A DNA stretch of 64,000 nucleotides from positions 320,044,001-320,108,000 of the forward strand of contig OZ024740.1 of assembly GCA_964016885.1 (NCBI GenBank). The letters run 5' to 3'. The position numbers and the translations under genes were made by a program. This document shows, one piece after another, positions 40,376 through 54,039 of this stretch (its first letter is position 1; each line of letters opens with the position of its first letter). Origin of the DNA: Eledone cirrhosa (Eukaryota). Under the pieces are notes generated by a model. It worked only from the letters and a program-made list of their open reading frames with translations, was not told the DNA's origin and ran no database searches.

Positions 40376-40565
40376 GATTGTTTTTGTTTTTTTAAGGGAA
40401 GGTAGGGTATTCTTTGAAAGAGACTTTGTTGTTATTTCTAAAAAGTCGATCGAGCACGTTAATGGTCTGTTTCTGTTCTTGTTTGGCTCGGCCTCATAGT
40501 CTTGCAGCGTTGTTAGTTACAGCAGCCCGTTCTTTGTACTTGGTGGTGGTTATAAACAGCTAGGT

Positions 40566-40897
40566 TAGAGGTTCCCAAAGTAGACGCTACCGTGTTGAGA
40601 AGGTCCAGGGGGGCGCTGGGGCCTACGGTGGCGGTGGCGGTGGTACAGATGATATAATAGTGTATTAAATATCAAATGAAACATATTATATATAGATATA
40701 GTAAAACAAAAAATTTATGATATTTATTTCTCTATAGTATATATATTATTTATTATATATAAATTAACGATTTTATTTATTATATATTATTTACAATTTG
40801 CGTGTAGGCAGGTCTCTCTGGAAATAGGGTTGGGAGACGCTGAGGGTATTACGTGGTTGTGAAGGGGGCGGTGGCCCCAAGGGTTTGAGAACCTCTG
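40566..40897. mobile_element. hAT MITE
   Basis: TIRs tagaggttcccaaa / tttgagaacctctg; 8-bp TSD agctaggt/agctagat. Confidence 0.8.
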
Positions 40898-41051
40898 AGC
40901 TAGATGGTGAGAGTAATTTTATAGTTGACTTGGACATGGACATGGCAGCAATTTCTATGGTGGCGGTTGATTGTGTAATATACACTATAGTTTCAGTTTT
41001 CTGCCATTTCATACTGGCAGGCGCATGCGTGTGTATATATGAATGTGTTTC

Positions 41052-41183
<132 letters not shown>

Positions 41184-41189
41184 AATAAA

Positions 41190-41316
41190 TCAGGATGGAG
41201 TCAGTTTGAAACTGGTTAGACCATTACGCACCTGAATACTCGATACATGGTTTAGTAGAGTATGGTTATATTATAAAGAGTTGGGGCCCGGACGGCATGA
41301 CTTCAGCCGTCTTTAA
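41190..41316 (-). mobile_element. PLE-type tail fragment with hammerhead 3' half, in a (TA)n tract
   Basis: Minus strand acggc-tgaagtcat-gccgt-c, then actctacta..gtatcgagtatt..ggtgcgtaatggtc, homologous to the 23264 family. Confidence 0.5.
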
Positions 41317-41433
41317 TATATATATATATATTAAAGACATCTTACGTTAATTATTTTTCCATTTTGACGCTATAGTCACTTATATATTATGAAATACTGT
41401 TGGCTTCTTGCTCACAATAATTTCTATACATTC

Positions 41434-41528
<95 letters not shown>

Positions 41529-41968
41529 ATAAAGACGGCTGAGCTCTTGTTACTTTTGCACAGAAACCCACTCACAAGTTAAAACGCACAAAAATATGCT
41601 ATTTTGAAGAAGAACGGAAAAAACTGTCAAAATATATTCTCTATCTGTATACAGTTACACCTATATTTGTAAATACATAAACGTTTCTGTTTTGGTGAAC
41701 TGCATGAGACCACCAATTATCTCTTGTTTTTCAAAGTCAAAAGAGTTATCAAGAAATAGAATTTACACAAATAATTGCACACTGCAAAGTATGTATAGTA
41801 AGTTTATACTCACAGGAGTATATATATATATTGTTGTTAAGTCCCAGGACAGCCTGAGTAAACAGATGTATAATTCAAGATGTTCCAAACATAACAATTG
41901 CGTCCTTTTTTCTTTCATTGTGTTGCGTATTTTAAGTCCTTTCATTTGCAAGACTGTATAGATTTGTT

Positions 41969-42300
41969 TAAGGCGGCGTATTGACAGAGTCGTTAGAACG
42001 ACGAATAGAATACCTTATAATATTCGCTCCGGCTCTCTGCTCTCTGAGTTCAAATCTCGCCGAGGTCAACTTTGCCTTTCATCCTTTCGAGGTCAATAAA
42101 AAAAAGTACGAGTCTAGTATTGGGGTAGATTCTTCCTCTATATCTTATTCTAATTTCCTCTCTCTCACTTTCTATCTTCATTTGGAAGAAATCTGCTCTA
42201 CTCAGGTCTGGAGATTGATGAGCTCAGCCAGGCTTAAAATGCCCAAGAACACCGTATGTCAATACGGCGCCCCTACGAATTTATCAGGAGTTATGGGACC
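41969..42300 (+). mobile_element. SINE family A with extended 3' module
   Basis: Family A head and body, then a gaagaaatctgctct..cagg/cagac..ggaga block also present at 59640 and 62508. Confidence 0.7.
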
Positions 42301-42424
42301 ATACTTACATAGATTTGGTTGCTTTTTCTAAAAGTTCGAGTGGTGTCATTGTACGTACTCAGATGTATGCAGTATAACTTTAGATACACCGAAATTTATA
42401 CAATCACCTTTTATCTGGCATCTG

Positions 42425-42643
42425 AGGTAGTGGATTGGCAGTATCGGTAGAGCATCGGACAATATGCTTTGCGGCATAGAGTTACGGCCCTCTACGTTCT
42501 GAGTTCAAATCCCGCCGAGGTTAGCTATGCCTTTCATCCTTACGGGGTCGATAAAATAAAGTACAAGTAATGCACTGGGGTCGATTTAATCGACTTTTCC
42601 TCCCCCCAAATTGTTGGCCTTGTGCCGAAATCAGAAACCATTA
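42425..42643 (+). mobile_element. tRNA-derived SINE family A
   Basis: Close match to consensus, with box A tggcagtatcgg and box B gagttcaaatccc. Confidence 0.9.
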
Positions 42644-43059
42644 TACTACTGGCATCTGAAAGCTAAGGACTTTGTTATAAAAGCAAGTTTCCCTTTTAAA
42701 ACCTACTGTAAGCTCAACGCAATACAATTATATTTCCCCCTTAGCTGTGTTATTATAAATAAGTTCTTAAACATCTATATCCAAATCTATGTCCAATCAA
42801 ACATCCGCAAACATAACTCGAATATCATATCAAACAAGGATATTTACAACAGAACACATTATCTTTAAAATGAAGAACACTTTGGATTATGTAGTCATAG
42901 ATACTGACAGAATGCTTACGATTAGACAGCAATAGAGAAGTGTATATATGCATATAGATACATACATATACATACATACATACATACATACATACATACA
43001 TACATACATACATACATACATACATACATACATACATACATACATACATACATACATAC

Positions 43060-43677
43060 ATGGTGGCTGCCAACTCGTTTTCGAGTACGGCCACTACTAC
43101 TTTATATCCATGTAGGGGAACCCTTACCGATGCGCTGAACGATTGTGACTTTTTAGTCCAGCCAGCGACTTGAAAACTCTGGTACAAACACTACACTTGT
43201 GACAATTATTGACACATAGTGTTGGGCCCATGGTACCATGTGACGACAAGTGCAGAGAGATCTCCAGATATAAAGCAATGCCTGTGCCGTGAAGCTTTTA
43301 TAGTGAGCAAAGGCACTGCACAAAGCCAGTCCCACTCTCTTAACCAAGATGATATTTACCAAAAAGAAGAACAAGTCAACATCATTGGATACCATCAGAG
43401 TTGCAGGTGTTATATCAGAGTTTTCCTTCTCCTAGAATTCTGCCTTGACAAAGGCTAAGGGGTCATATCTCCCGGTGATTTTGGATGGCCATTGACTCTT
43501 AAGAGCTCCTTTGCCCTTTGACAGGTTTTTTTTTTAGTCCTGCAGGATGTCCAAAGTCACCCTCCTCACCAAGAAACCTTGGTGGGGTTGCCAGTTTAGT
43601 CGCCAACGACCCAACCATGAGACAGGTTGTACTGGGATACATGTTACCAGTAGCACCAACTGGTGACCTGACCTGAC
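43060..43677 (-). mobile_element. Non-autonomous RTE-derived element, longest copy (about 620 bp)
   Basis: RTE-like 5' UTR (aggagaaggaaaactctga) joined to the C-terminal C2H2 remnant and 3' stem-loop; flanked by (CATA)n on both sides. Confidence 0.88.
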
Positions 43678-43714
43678 ATACATACATACATACATACATA
43701 CATACATACATACA

Positions 43715-43746
<32 letters not shown>

Positions 43747-43844
43747 CATACACGCATTCATACATGCAAACATACATACTCACATGCATATAGACGTCTT
43801 GTTCTACACATGAAGCTGTCTTATTCTACACAGTACAAAATTAT

Positions 43845-45180
43845 TCTACACAAGACAAGATTACTTTACACAATACCAAATTATTTTACACAGAATCAGA
43901 TTATTTTACATAGAATCAGATTATTCTAGACAGAACCAGATTATTCTACACAGAACCAGATTATTCTAGACAGAACCAGATTATTCTACACAGAACCAGA
44001 TTATTCTAGACAGAACCAGATTATTCTAGGCAGAATCAGATTAATCTACACAGAACCAGATTATTCTAGTTAGAACCAGATTATTCTAGACAGGACCAGA
44101 TTATTCTAGACAGAACCAGATTAGTCTAGACAGAACCAGATTAGTCTAGACAGAACCAGATTATTCTAAACAGAACCAGATTATTCTGGACAGAATCATA
44201 TTATTCTAGACAGAACCAGATTATTTTAGTCAGAACCATATTATTCTAGACAGGACCAGATTATTATAGACAGAACCAGATTATTCTAGTCAGAACCAGA
44301 TTATTCTAGACAGAATCATATTATTCTAGACAAAACCAGATTATTCTAGTCAGAACCAGATTATTTTAGCCAGAACCAGATTATTCTACACTGAACCAAA
44401 TTATTCTAGTCAGAACCAGATTATTCTAGACAGAACCAGATTATTCTAGACAGAACCAGATTATTCTACACAGAACCAGATTAGTCTAGACAGAACCAGA
44501 TTAGTCTAGACAGAACCAGATTAGTCTAGACAGAACCAGACTTTTCTAGACAGGACCAGATTATTCTAGACAGAACAAGATTATTCTAGACAGAACCAGA
44601 TTATTCTAGACAGGAGCAGATTATTCTAGATAGAACCAGATTATTATAGACAGAACCAGACTATTCTAGACAGTACCAGTTTAGTTAGGCAGAACCAGAT
44701 TATTCTAGACAGAACCAGATTATTCTAGACAGAATCAGATTATTCTAAACAAAACCAGATTATTCTAGACAGGACCAGATTATTCTAGACAGAACCAGAT
44801 TATTCTACACAGAACCAGATTATTCTACACAGAACCAGATTATTCTAGACAGAACCAGATCATTCTACACAGAACCAGATTAGTCTAGACAGAACCAAAT
44901 TATTCTAGTCAGAACCAGATTATTCTAGTCAGAACCAGATTATTCTACACAGAACCAGATTATTCTAGACAGAACCAGATTAGTCTAGACAGAACCAGAT
45001 TAGTCTAGACAGAACCAGATTATTCTAGACAGAACCTGATTATTCTAGACAGAATTCTACATAGAACCAGATTATTCCACATAGGATGCTACTCATTCTA
45101 CACGGGGCGTTACCCATCTACACAGAACGCTGCTTATTCTACAAAGAACCGGATTATTCTACACAGAACCAGATTACTTA
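43845..45180. repeat. 20-bp minisatellite, about 65 copies
   Basis: Unit cagaaccagattattctaga. Confidence 0.96.
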
Positions 45181-45749
45181 CTCTAAACAGGACGCTGATA
45201 CATAGCGCAAGCTGTGGTCATTTGTAAATTTGCGACTTCCAAAGTCGGCGGCACTCGAATCACTAACCCACATATCTTCACATAAGGTGAGAGATACAAC
45301 AATAACAACGACACCAATATCCATTGGTGATACTGTTAACTATCATTGTGATGAAAATGCTTGTACTCGTAATTATCGGTCTTAACAATATAGTCTTGTG
45401 TTTGCTTTAAAAGACAGGATTGTCACGACTGGAACATGTTGGGTTATGTCTGCACGTTCGGAATTGGCCTGGAGTTAAACAGCAACAACAAAATCTCTTA
45501 ATATCGACAATCTCCGGTTTTCAAATCCAGCAATGACGATAAGCAACAAGAGAGTCTTTACGCAGTTGCTCGATTTGCAAGAAATAGCAGTCAAATTCCC
45601 TTAAGCCATCTACCTTATAACAGAAAAGGAGACATTAGATAATGTAATCGTAGATGTAGAAAAAGAGGCGGGATGGTCGCTGTAAGAAAGCCTTTGGCCA
45701 TACATCTCGATCAGCAATGACAGAGTTAAACAACAACAACAACAACAAC

Positions 45750-46130
45750 AAGCAGGAACTACTCCACAGTCATTGATGATACGGTCTACAATGGATCGCC
45801 ATCGATTTCGACGATGAATGTTATTGGATCAATGGAACAGCTTGCTCATGAAATTAAAGTGTATGTGTCTGGGCATTCCACAGACACGTGCACCCTTAAT
45901 ACAATTCCCAGAGAAATTTGGTGCGACACAGTGTCAAGGCTGTTCCTTTGGGTTATAGATACAGTCCATCTGACGGTCTTCCAAAGAGTTTTCATCTATC
46001 CAATTTCCTGACAAAGCATAGGTCAACCCAAGGCTATGATAAATGAACTTTTCTTTAATACCACGCAATGGAATCGAACCTGGGACCTAATTAATGGTTG
46101 CGAAGCAAATTTCTTAATCATTCGATCATG
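45750..46130 (-). mobile_element. SINE family B
   Basis: Reverse complement of the family B body plus the tRNA-like head (ggaatcgaacc). Confidence 0.7.
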
Positions 46131-47299
46131 CTGTATCTATAAATACGGTTTACTAAAAGGCGATATTGCAAATAGTGTTATGAGCTCCCGGGAGAGCTGG
46201 ACAGCAGAACGTCTTCAGAGAAGAAAGCCACCTCAATTGAGTGTTTCGGCCCTTAACTTCTTATACTCTAAGGGGGCCAGGCTTCATCTTGGTCATGACA
46301 ATTGGGAGCCCTTCTACTGATATTTAGCCATTCGGATATTGAAGATTTGTTCACAAGAACTAGCTGGAACTTCTCTTCGTTGCCTCTGCTTTCAAACTTA
46401 TATTTAAACGCTTTCTTGAGTTTGGAAAATAAGATATGTTAACGGGCTTCCGTTTGAAATATCGTGCTTTGGATGTAGCTTGTGTTAGAGATGTAATTAT
46501 CCTAGCAACAATGTTGTCTGTGAGCCTTAAGGTATCTATGGATTGTCATTGTTATTGTTGTTATTGTTGTTTAGCCCAGAGCAAACTTGATCAAGCAGAC
46601 TAATAATCAAAGGCATCTATCATAAGTCTGCTTAATCAGGGCTGACCTGGAATTAAACAGCGATATCTTTTTCGCCTGTACAGGGAACCCAAAGTCCCAT
46701 TATACAACGTGTGTTTTTCTTAGACAATAAAATGGGATTTGAGGAAATGTGGGTGCTGTTTCTACCAAGTGCATTGACCACATAGAAATGAAGTAACTTA
46801 ATACACAGCATGACATCATATCCAGCTTTCTACTGATTCTATCACCTGTCCCCTCTGGTTAAGCAACAGAAAATAAAATATAATATAGTAGGCAAAAATA
46901 AAACTTTTCTGAATAAAAAAAAGATCACTTTTGAAAGAGCAAAATTACATGGAAAAAATCGGAAGAAAAACAAATTAAAATCTGTAAAATTCGGATCGTC
47001 TGTATATCTAAGAGCAAATACAAAATTAAATTTATTATTGGCACTGTCCTGTCACCATTTCCTGTGCAATTAATGTCAGTTATATGTCACATTTCTTTGA
47101 TTGTAGCAAGACTTTATTTGGTAAGAAGGATCAGAGGTATTTCACATATGTCTTTCTATGAGACAACATTGCCAAGGAAAAGTGTTAACTGTTTCAATCA
47201 ATAGAAGAAATATTTTGTGTATGTCATTTAACACGTCCATACATATTGATTAATTCCCAAATCTCCAGTCTTATTTCAATACCTTGTCAATTTATATTA

Positions 47300-47510
47300 T
47301 TGACGGGTCGACTCATGCCTTGTGAGTGGAATTGGGTTAACGGAAATTATTTGGACGTTCGTCGGATGGACTGTACTTATTATACACAGGGCCACCTTTG
47401 TCATACACTGTGTCACGCTGAAACTACATGAACATTTCATTAAGCTAGTTACACGTTAATTTCATTGAACAGGCTGTTGATCAAACAACTGGAACACTCA
47501 TCGTCGAAGG
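47300..47510 (+). mobile_element. SINE family B body
   Basis: gccttgtgagtggaattgg..acggaaa..gttaatttcattgaacaggctgtt..caactggaac. Confidence 0.65.
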
Positions 47511-48034
47511 TCCATTCCCTTTAAATTGTTACCCACATCCATATTTAAAACCTCCTATAGCTCTGTTCTCTAATATATCGTGTATCTATGATATTTGATA
47601 TTTATTGCAACTCTGTTATTCAATGTAGCATATTTCTATTATAGCTAACATCTTTTATAGATTTTATATCCAATATATAATTATATCTATGATATCTAAC
47701 ACGTATTAGAATTCCGATAAAAACAAAAATCGAGCTGTTCTAACTACATCAACAGATGCAAACCCTTAGATATATCATCAGTATTGTATCCTAGTGTCAC
47801 TAAATGTGTCAGGTCTTACAACATATACCGTCATCCTGATGACCCAACCGAGGATGATCAAGCCTCTGTCTGTGCCCAAGTCGCTTACATACTACTGAGC
47901 CTTTCCGGTCACTTCTCTTCAGCCAGAGCTATCTAAATGTTCTTCCTGTTGCTTCCCTCTTGTTTTTTATGACTTTCCTCCTGCTTGCTCCCTTAATACC
48001 CATAGTTCTGTAGGTCTTACTAAGAGAACGAACT

Positions 48035-49890
48035 GTATACTTTCGGTTGCCAACTTCCACTGGCATGCACCTCGCCCTTCACCTGTTCCTGTAACTGCCA
48101 ACCTCCACTGGTCCTTCAACTGTTCCTGTGGTTGCCAACTTCCACTCGCATGCATCTGGTTCTTTGCCAGTTCTCGTGGCTGCTAACCTCCACTGGCATG
48201 CATCTTGTCCTTCACCAGTTCTCGTGGCTGCCAACCTCCACAGGCATGCATCTGGTCCTTCACCAGTTCCCGTGGCTGCCAACCTCCACTGGCATGCATC
48301 TGATCCTTCACCAGTTCCCGTGGCTGCCAACCTCCACTGGCATGCATCTGGTCCTTCACCAGTTCCCGTGGCTGCCAACCTCCACAGGCATGCATCTAGT
48401 CCTTCACCAGTTCCCGTGGCTGCCAACCTCCACTGGCATGCATCTGATCCTTCACCAGTTCCCGTGGCTGCCAACCTCCACTGGCATGCATCTGGTCCTT
48501 CACCAGTTCCCGTGGCTGCCAACCTCCACAGGCATGCATCTAGTCCTTCACCAGTTCCCGTGGCTGCCAACCTCCACTGGCATGCATCTGATCCTTCACC
48601 AGTTCCCGTGGCTGCCAACCTCCACTGGCATGCATCTGGTCCTTCACCAGTTCCCGTGGCTGCCAACCTCCACTGGCATGCATCTGGTCCTTCACCAGTT
48701 CCCGTGGCTGCCAACCTCCACAGGCATGCATCTGGTCCTTCACCAGTTCCCGTGGCTGCCAACCTCCACTGGCATGCATCTGATCCTTCACCAGTTCCCG
48801 TGGCTGCCAACCTCCACTGGCATGCATCTGGTCCTTCACCAGTTCCCGTGGCTGCCAACCTCCACTGGCATGCATCTGGTCCTTCACCAGTTCCCGTGGC
48901 TGCCAACCTCCACTGGCATGCATCTGATCCTTCACCAGTTCCCGTGGCTGCCAACCTCCACTGGCATGCATCTGGTCCTTCACCAGTTCCCGTGGCTGCC
49001 AACCTCCACTGGCATGCATCTGATCCTTCACCAGTTCCCGTGGCTGCTAACCTCCACTGGCATGCATCTGATCCTTCACCAGTTCCCGTGGCTGCCAACC
49101 TCCACTGGCATGCATCTGGTCCTTCACCAGTTCCCGTGGCTGCCAACCTCCACTGGCATGCATCTGGTCCTTCACCAGTTCCCGTGGCTGCCAACCTCCA
49201 CTGGCATGCATCTGGTCCTTCACCAGTTCCCGTGGCTGCCAACCTCCACTGGCATGCATCTGATCCTTCACCAGTTCCCGTGGCTGCCAACCTCCACTGG
49301 CATGCATCTGGTCCTTCACCAGTTCCCGTGGCTGCCAACCTCCACTGGCATGCATCTGATCCTTCACCAGTTCCCGTGGCTGCCAACCTCCACTGGCATG
49401 CATCTGATCCTTCACCAGTTCCCGTGGCTGCCAACCTCCACTGGCATGCATCTGGTCCTTCACCAGTTCCCGTGGCTGCCAACCTCCACTGGCATGCATC
49501 TGGTCCTTCACCAGTTCCCGTGGCTGCCAACCTCCACTGGCATGCATCTGGTCCTTCACCAGTTCCCGTGGCTGCCAACCTCCACTGGCATGCATCTGGT
49601 CCTTCACCAGTTCCCGTGGCTGCCAACCTCCACTGGCATGCATCTGGTCCTTCACCAGTTCCCGTGGCTGCCAACCTCCACTGGCATGCATCTGGTCCTT
49701 CACCAGTTCCCGTGGCTGCCAACCTCCACTGGCATGCATCTGGTCCTTCACCAGTTCCCGTGGCTGCCAACCTCCACTGGCATGCATCTGATCCTTCACC
49801 AGTTCTCGTGGCTGCCAACCTCCACTGGCATGCATCTGGCCCTTCACCACCCGGTGGTTGCCAACCTCCAGTCACATGCACCGGGTCCTT
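48035..49890. repeat. 48-bp GC-rich minisatellite, about 38 copies
   Basis: Unit gtggctgccaacctccactggcatgcatctggtccttcaccagttccc. Confidence 0.97.
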
Positions 49891-49911
49891 CACTCGTTTC
49901 CGTGGCATTGA

Positions 49912-50003
49912 AATAAGACTGCCCAAGATAACACCACGAAGTGGGATCAAACCTATGACCTAATGGTTGTGAAGCAATCTATATAACCATTCTGTTATGC
50001 TGT
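49912..50003 (-). mobile_element. tRNA-derived SINE head
   Basis: gactgcccaag..ccacg..gtgggatcaaacc..tggttgtgaagcaa is the reverse complement of a family B head. Confidence 0.6.
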
Positions 50004-50299
50004 GTACACTAAACATAGATACGTAGATGGTGAATAATAGATATAAGAAAATGTGAGATATGATAGATACAAGATATATTAGATAATACCTATAGGAGAT
50101 TTTAGATATCATAAATACAAAAGATATTAAATAACGAAGCTATAAAATATGTTAATATTTGATAACACTCTTCTATATAGAATGATAGTGCTGTCGACTA
50201 ATGTTTTTCTATTCAAGTTTGTTTCGTATACTGTTTTATCATATACTGCAATAAGTCCATCAACCGGCGAGAAAGTGCTTCATTTCTTTGTCCGATATT

Positions 50300-50600
50300 A
50301 GGGTGTTTAGCTCATGACCTGACGGTTGTGAGTTCGTTTCTCGGTGGCACATTGTATCCTCGAGCAAGACACTTTATTTCACTACGCTTCAGTCCAGTCA
50401 GATGACAAAAATGAATTGTGCTTGTAATTTAAAGGGCCGACCTTGTCATAAACTGTGCCACGCTAAATCTTCCCGAGAACTACATTAAGGGTACAGTGTT
50501 TGTGGAATACTTAGTCACATGCACGATAACTTCACGAGCAGGCTGTTCCGGTGATCAGATCAACTAGAACATTCGTCGTCGGAATCGGTGGAGGTCCAAC
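50300..50600 (+). mobile_element. SINE family B
   Basis: gagttcgtttc head; gagaactacattaagggtaca..ttcacgagcaggctgttccg body. Confidence 0.75.
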
Positions 50601-51639
50601 ACACATTGAAATTTATATTTACATTGGCTGTCTGAAATATCAACTGTAACTTGCACCTTTGCTGTTCGTAGTGATGACAAAATTTTTATTGTAATATATT
50701 TTGTAATATATTCTAGTAATTAGATTAGAGTTAGGTATAATACACGTGTTTTATGAGTTTTTTAATGGGGTATTTATCCATTCATTATTTTAGTATTTTA
50801 CAGGGTGTTGTGTTTGTGGCTGATTTGTTCTGGCATTGTTCTGTAGTTTGGTTTTCTAACCTATTCGGGTATCCGTTATTAACTATTTATTTTCATTCGT
50901 AAGATTTTCTTATTTAAAGCTTTTTTTTTAGTGAATAACAATCTAAAACCTCGTCTCATGTGAGCTACGGTTATTTTATATCTATGGGGACAATCACAGT
51001 ATGGGGACAATTTCAGTGTATGAATAAAGATTTGTTGTTGCTGTTTTTGTTGTTAGTGTTGCTGTTGTTTTTTGCGGTTTATTCAGGTATTGTAAATGTT
51101 GTTCTTTATTCCTACGTTTATTAGGATATTGCAAAAATAATCGTGTTTTTGTTATTCTAAACTTTGATGTTTATTTTGGAATAAACTTTTATTTAATCAT
51201 TTTCATGTATATACAACATTGAAGAGCAGATTTCAGTCTATTGGTTTATGTTGATAGTTTTGTTTTTCCTGTTTATTATTGTTTATTTTTAGGCTGTTAA
51301 ATTGAAAATAGAAACAAGTTCGTGCAGTTTTATTGTGAAGACAAAGGGACGGGAATTGCTCACAATATTATCCAAGTATGTGGCTAGGTGATTGTCATCG
51401 AACATAAAGTTCCAGATTGGTTCCAAATATTTAGTGGGAAGACAAGGGCCACGAAGATCAGGACATTCACGAAGCAGGCAAAGACTTTTCTCAAAAGGGA
51501 TGTTGCGGGGCCTTCTTAGCTCTTTAGTCCCGGATCAAAGTACCGGCTGGAGCCCACTTGCATAGGCCCTGTTCACGGAAGACCTCCTCTGATTAATACC
51601 GACCGACTGACAGCTATTATAAAAAATAAAAAAAACACG

Positions 51640-51895
51640 AGATGTTGCAGAAGTAAACGTTGACCGTGCAACAGTTGTTTGACATTTAACAGTTGTGTCA
51701 CACTAAAATGTCACAAAAGCTATAAAAATACTCAATGTATGGCTGTACCATCTAAACAAAAATAAATTTTTTAAATCGCTGTTAAGAAGAATGTTCTGTG
51801 CTTCTTTTGTGCAACAAAAGATCCATTTCCTGTTTGCATTGTGGCATGTGGTAAAAAATAGATTCTAAACGACAACAGATGGCGTTAGATACAAT
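51640..51895 (+). pseudogene. Mariner transposase remnant
   Basis: NVDRATVV*HL and KDPFPVCIVACGKK*ILNDNRWR*IQ resemble the mariner DPFLxRIVTxDEKWIxYDN motif. Confidence 0.7.
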
Positions 51896-52135
51896 GTAGT
51901 TATTAATAAGAAGAGTTGAAATTCAATGCATGGAAGATTTCACAGCTCTAACATTACTCCTTTATAGTCAACCTTGATGCTAGATCTGTGAAATCTTGCA
52001 TGCATTAATTTCAACTCTTCTTATTAATAACTGCATTGTTTTTCTTTCCAGGGACTAGGTTGAAAAATATACCTCATTTGGTCATTCCATGAGAGTATCT
52101 TGATCAGCCTATAAAGTTTTCAGTCGATCTTCGTA
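51895..52135. mobile_element. Mariner-type MITE fragments with internal inversion
   Basis: ttattaataagaagagttgaaatt / aatttcaactcttcttattaataa inverted; homologous to 58849-59050. Confidence 0.65.
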
Positions 52136-53819
52136 TAATAAACACTTTTTTAAAAGCTCAACCAAGCACACTGGAGTGTCTTAAAATTGAAGGGCACGTT
52201 TGATAATGTAGATGCGATAATGTAGATGCGATGGTCCTGGTGGGAACGTCTTTGATCAAAGCTTTGCTCTTGGGGGTTAAAGAAAAAACAATAACAGTGA
52301 TAATGATAATACCATTAATAAATAATGATTCCTAAGATTGGTAAACGGTCACATAATCGATAGAATAGTTCGATGATTGGTAATTATTTCATATGATGAG
52401 CACTTGCTTTATCGATCAGATTGGGATGAAAAGCAAACTAAGGTTAATATCGCAAAGCAATTTATTCTAGTGCCCGCTTTTTGCCCTTATCAATAATTAA
52501 TTGTATTAACACTGTTGAGATCCATATGTGGTAGATCATCCATTAATTGTGTTGCTCATGTTGTTTGTAATAATAGTATGTGACCGTGGAGAGAGAGAGG
52601 GAGAGAGAAAAAGCGAGGCAGAGGTGGAGAGGGTGATAAAAAGGGAGATAGAAAGAGAAATATAGGGGAAGGTTTGAGACAGTGAGGGAGGAGATAGAAT
52701 GAAGAGTTTCTATAACAAGGTCTGAAACCAGAACTGTAAGCTTGGTTGAACTTCTGTGTGAAACAGCGTCGAGTAATAAATATGACACGAATTCTAATGT
52801 AATCGTATCTTCTTGTCTACATAAGCAGTTATTGGGTGTTGGCCTTTTTAGTTGAACATTCAATACATAAATAGCCCTTCCCTAAACCAAGCAGATAGCT
52901 TTTGCAGCTCGTGTATAAATGATACAGGCGTTGGTCGTGTCAAATGGAGAGAAAAAAAAAAAGAATAGAAAAGAAAATTGAAAAAAAATATAAATACAAA
53001 AAACTAAAACAAAACAAAAAAGCAGACGTCTTTGTTTCGGAGATGTAAACGATGTTTTCAAAAATTCAATGACAACTTCGTTATGAAATTATAACATTTC
53101 CCATCTTTGTATTCAAGTTAAAAAAAAATAGACAAAACTATGCAAATAAGAGAAGGAAACCTCTTTCAAACAAAACTAATAAATTATGCATCGTAGAAGT
53201 TTTTAAATAAAATACTTCCGTCAACATGTTGGAATGTATAGTAGTTTATGTGTTTTGAATAATAGACTCGTTAAATTTACTCTGTTCGCTGTCACAACTC
53301 ATAAATTCAATTTGAAGTCTTTTGTCTGCAAATGTGGTCGTCGTCATTACAATCACAGTTTTTGTTGTTGTTGTGTCTGATGTTTTCAAGTTTGTTTACA
53401 GCGGTCGTGAAATATAAAACAGTAAATGAAGCGTGTCTAGACAATGTTGTTAGTGTGAGACAAAGCACCAGACAAATATGTATCATTCGTGTTCAGAGTG
53501 ACTGTTTTGAGTATTACTGTACAAGATCATGTCGTTGACTGCCCCTCTCCTGCCACCAAATCTTCTCTAATAAGTAGTTAACGTATTGTAGGATGGTCAT
53601 AGATATTGAATAACATCGAACTTGATATTTTACTCCAACTACGAGGTCAGTGACATTCTGATTAACGAATTAGTAGGAGTCAATTGACGGGAAACAATAG
53701 TATAAAATTCGTTGGTGGAGCGTTCTGAAAAGGACGATTAGAGTAGATTCAACAAAGGCTTTAGTAAAGGAGTAGCGGTAGAGAAAATAGATTAGAGAGG
53801 GAAATTAGTACACCCATTT

Positions 53820-53990
53820 AAAGAGGTGAAGTGGAAGTCCCAGGATGAACTGGTGGCAGACAATCGACAGAGACCTGAAACCCATCAACAAAAGTTGGAA
53901 CGAATTATTGATAGATGCAGCTGACCGTGGTCATTGGAGCACTTAGGATGCCTCATGCGTCACATGACGCGGGAGCTTCTAAGTAAATAG
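53820..53990 (+). mobile_element. RTE-like LINE 3' end fragment
   Basis: NWWQTIDRDLKPINKSWNELLIDAADRGHW. Confidence 0.6.
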
Positions 53991-54039
53991 GTAGCAAAAG
54001 AAGATGCGATTAGGAAAGACATCTGTGTTATATGTTAGT

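Noticed and set aside
42425-42520. tRNA genes at box A/box B motifs
   Set aside because: No cloverleaf; each continues into a repeated SINE body.
47810-48030. Possible host exon upstream of the 48-bp array
   Set aside because: Only short open frames, no recognisable domain and no convincing splice-site pair.
52700-53540. Non-repetitive stretch as promoter or exon
   Set aside because: No diagnostic motif cluster or credible ORF visible from sequence alone.
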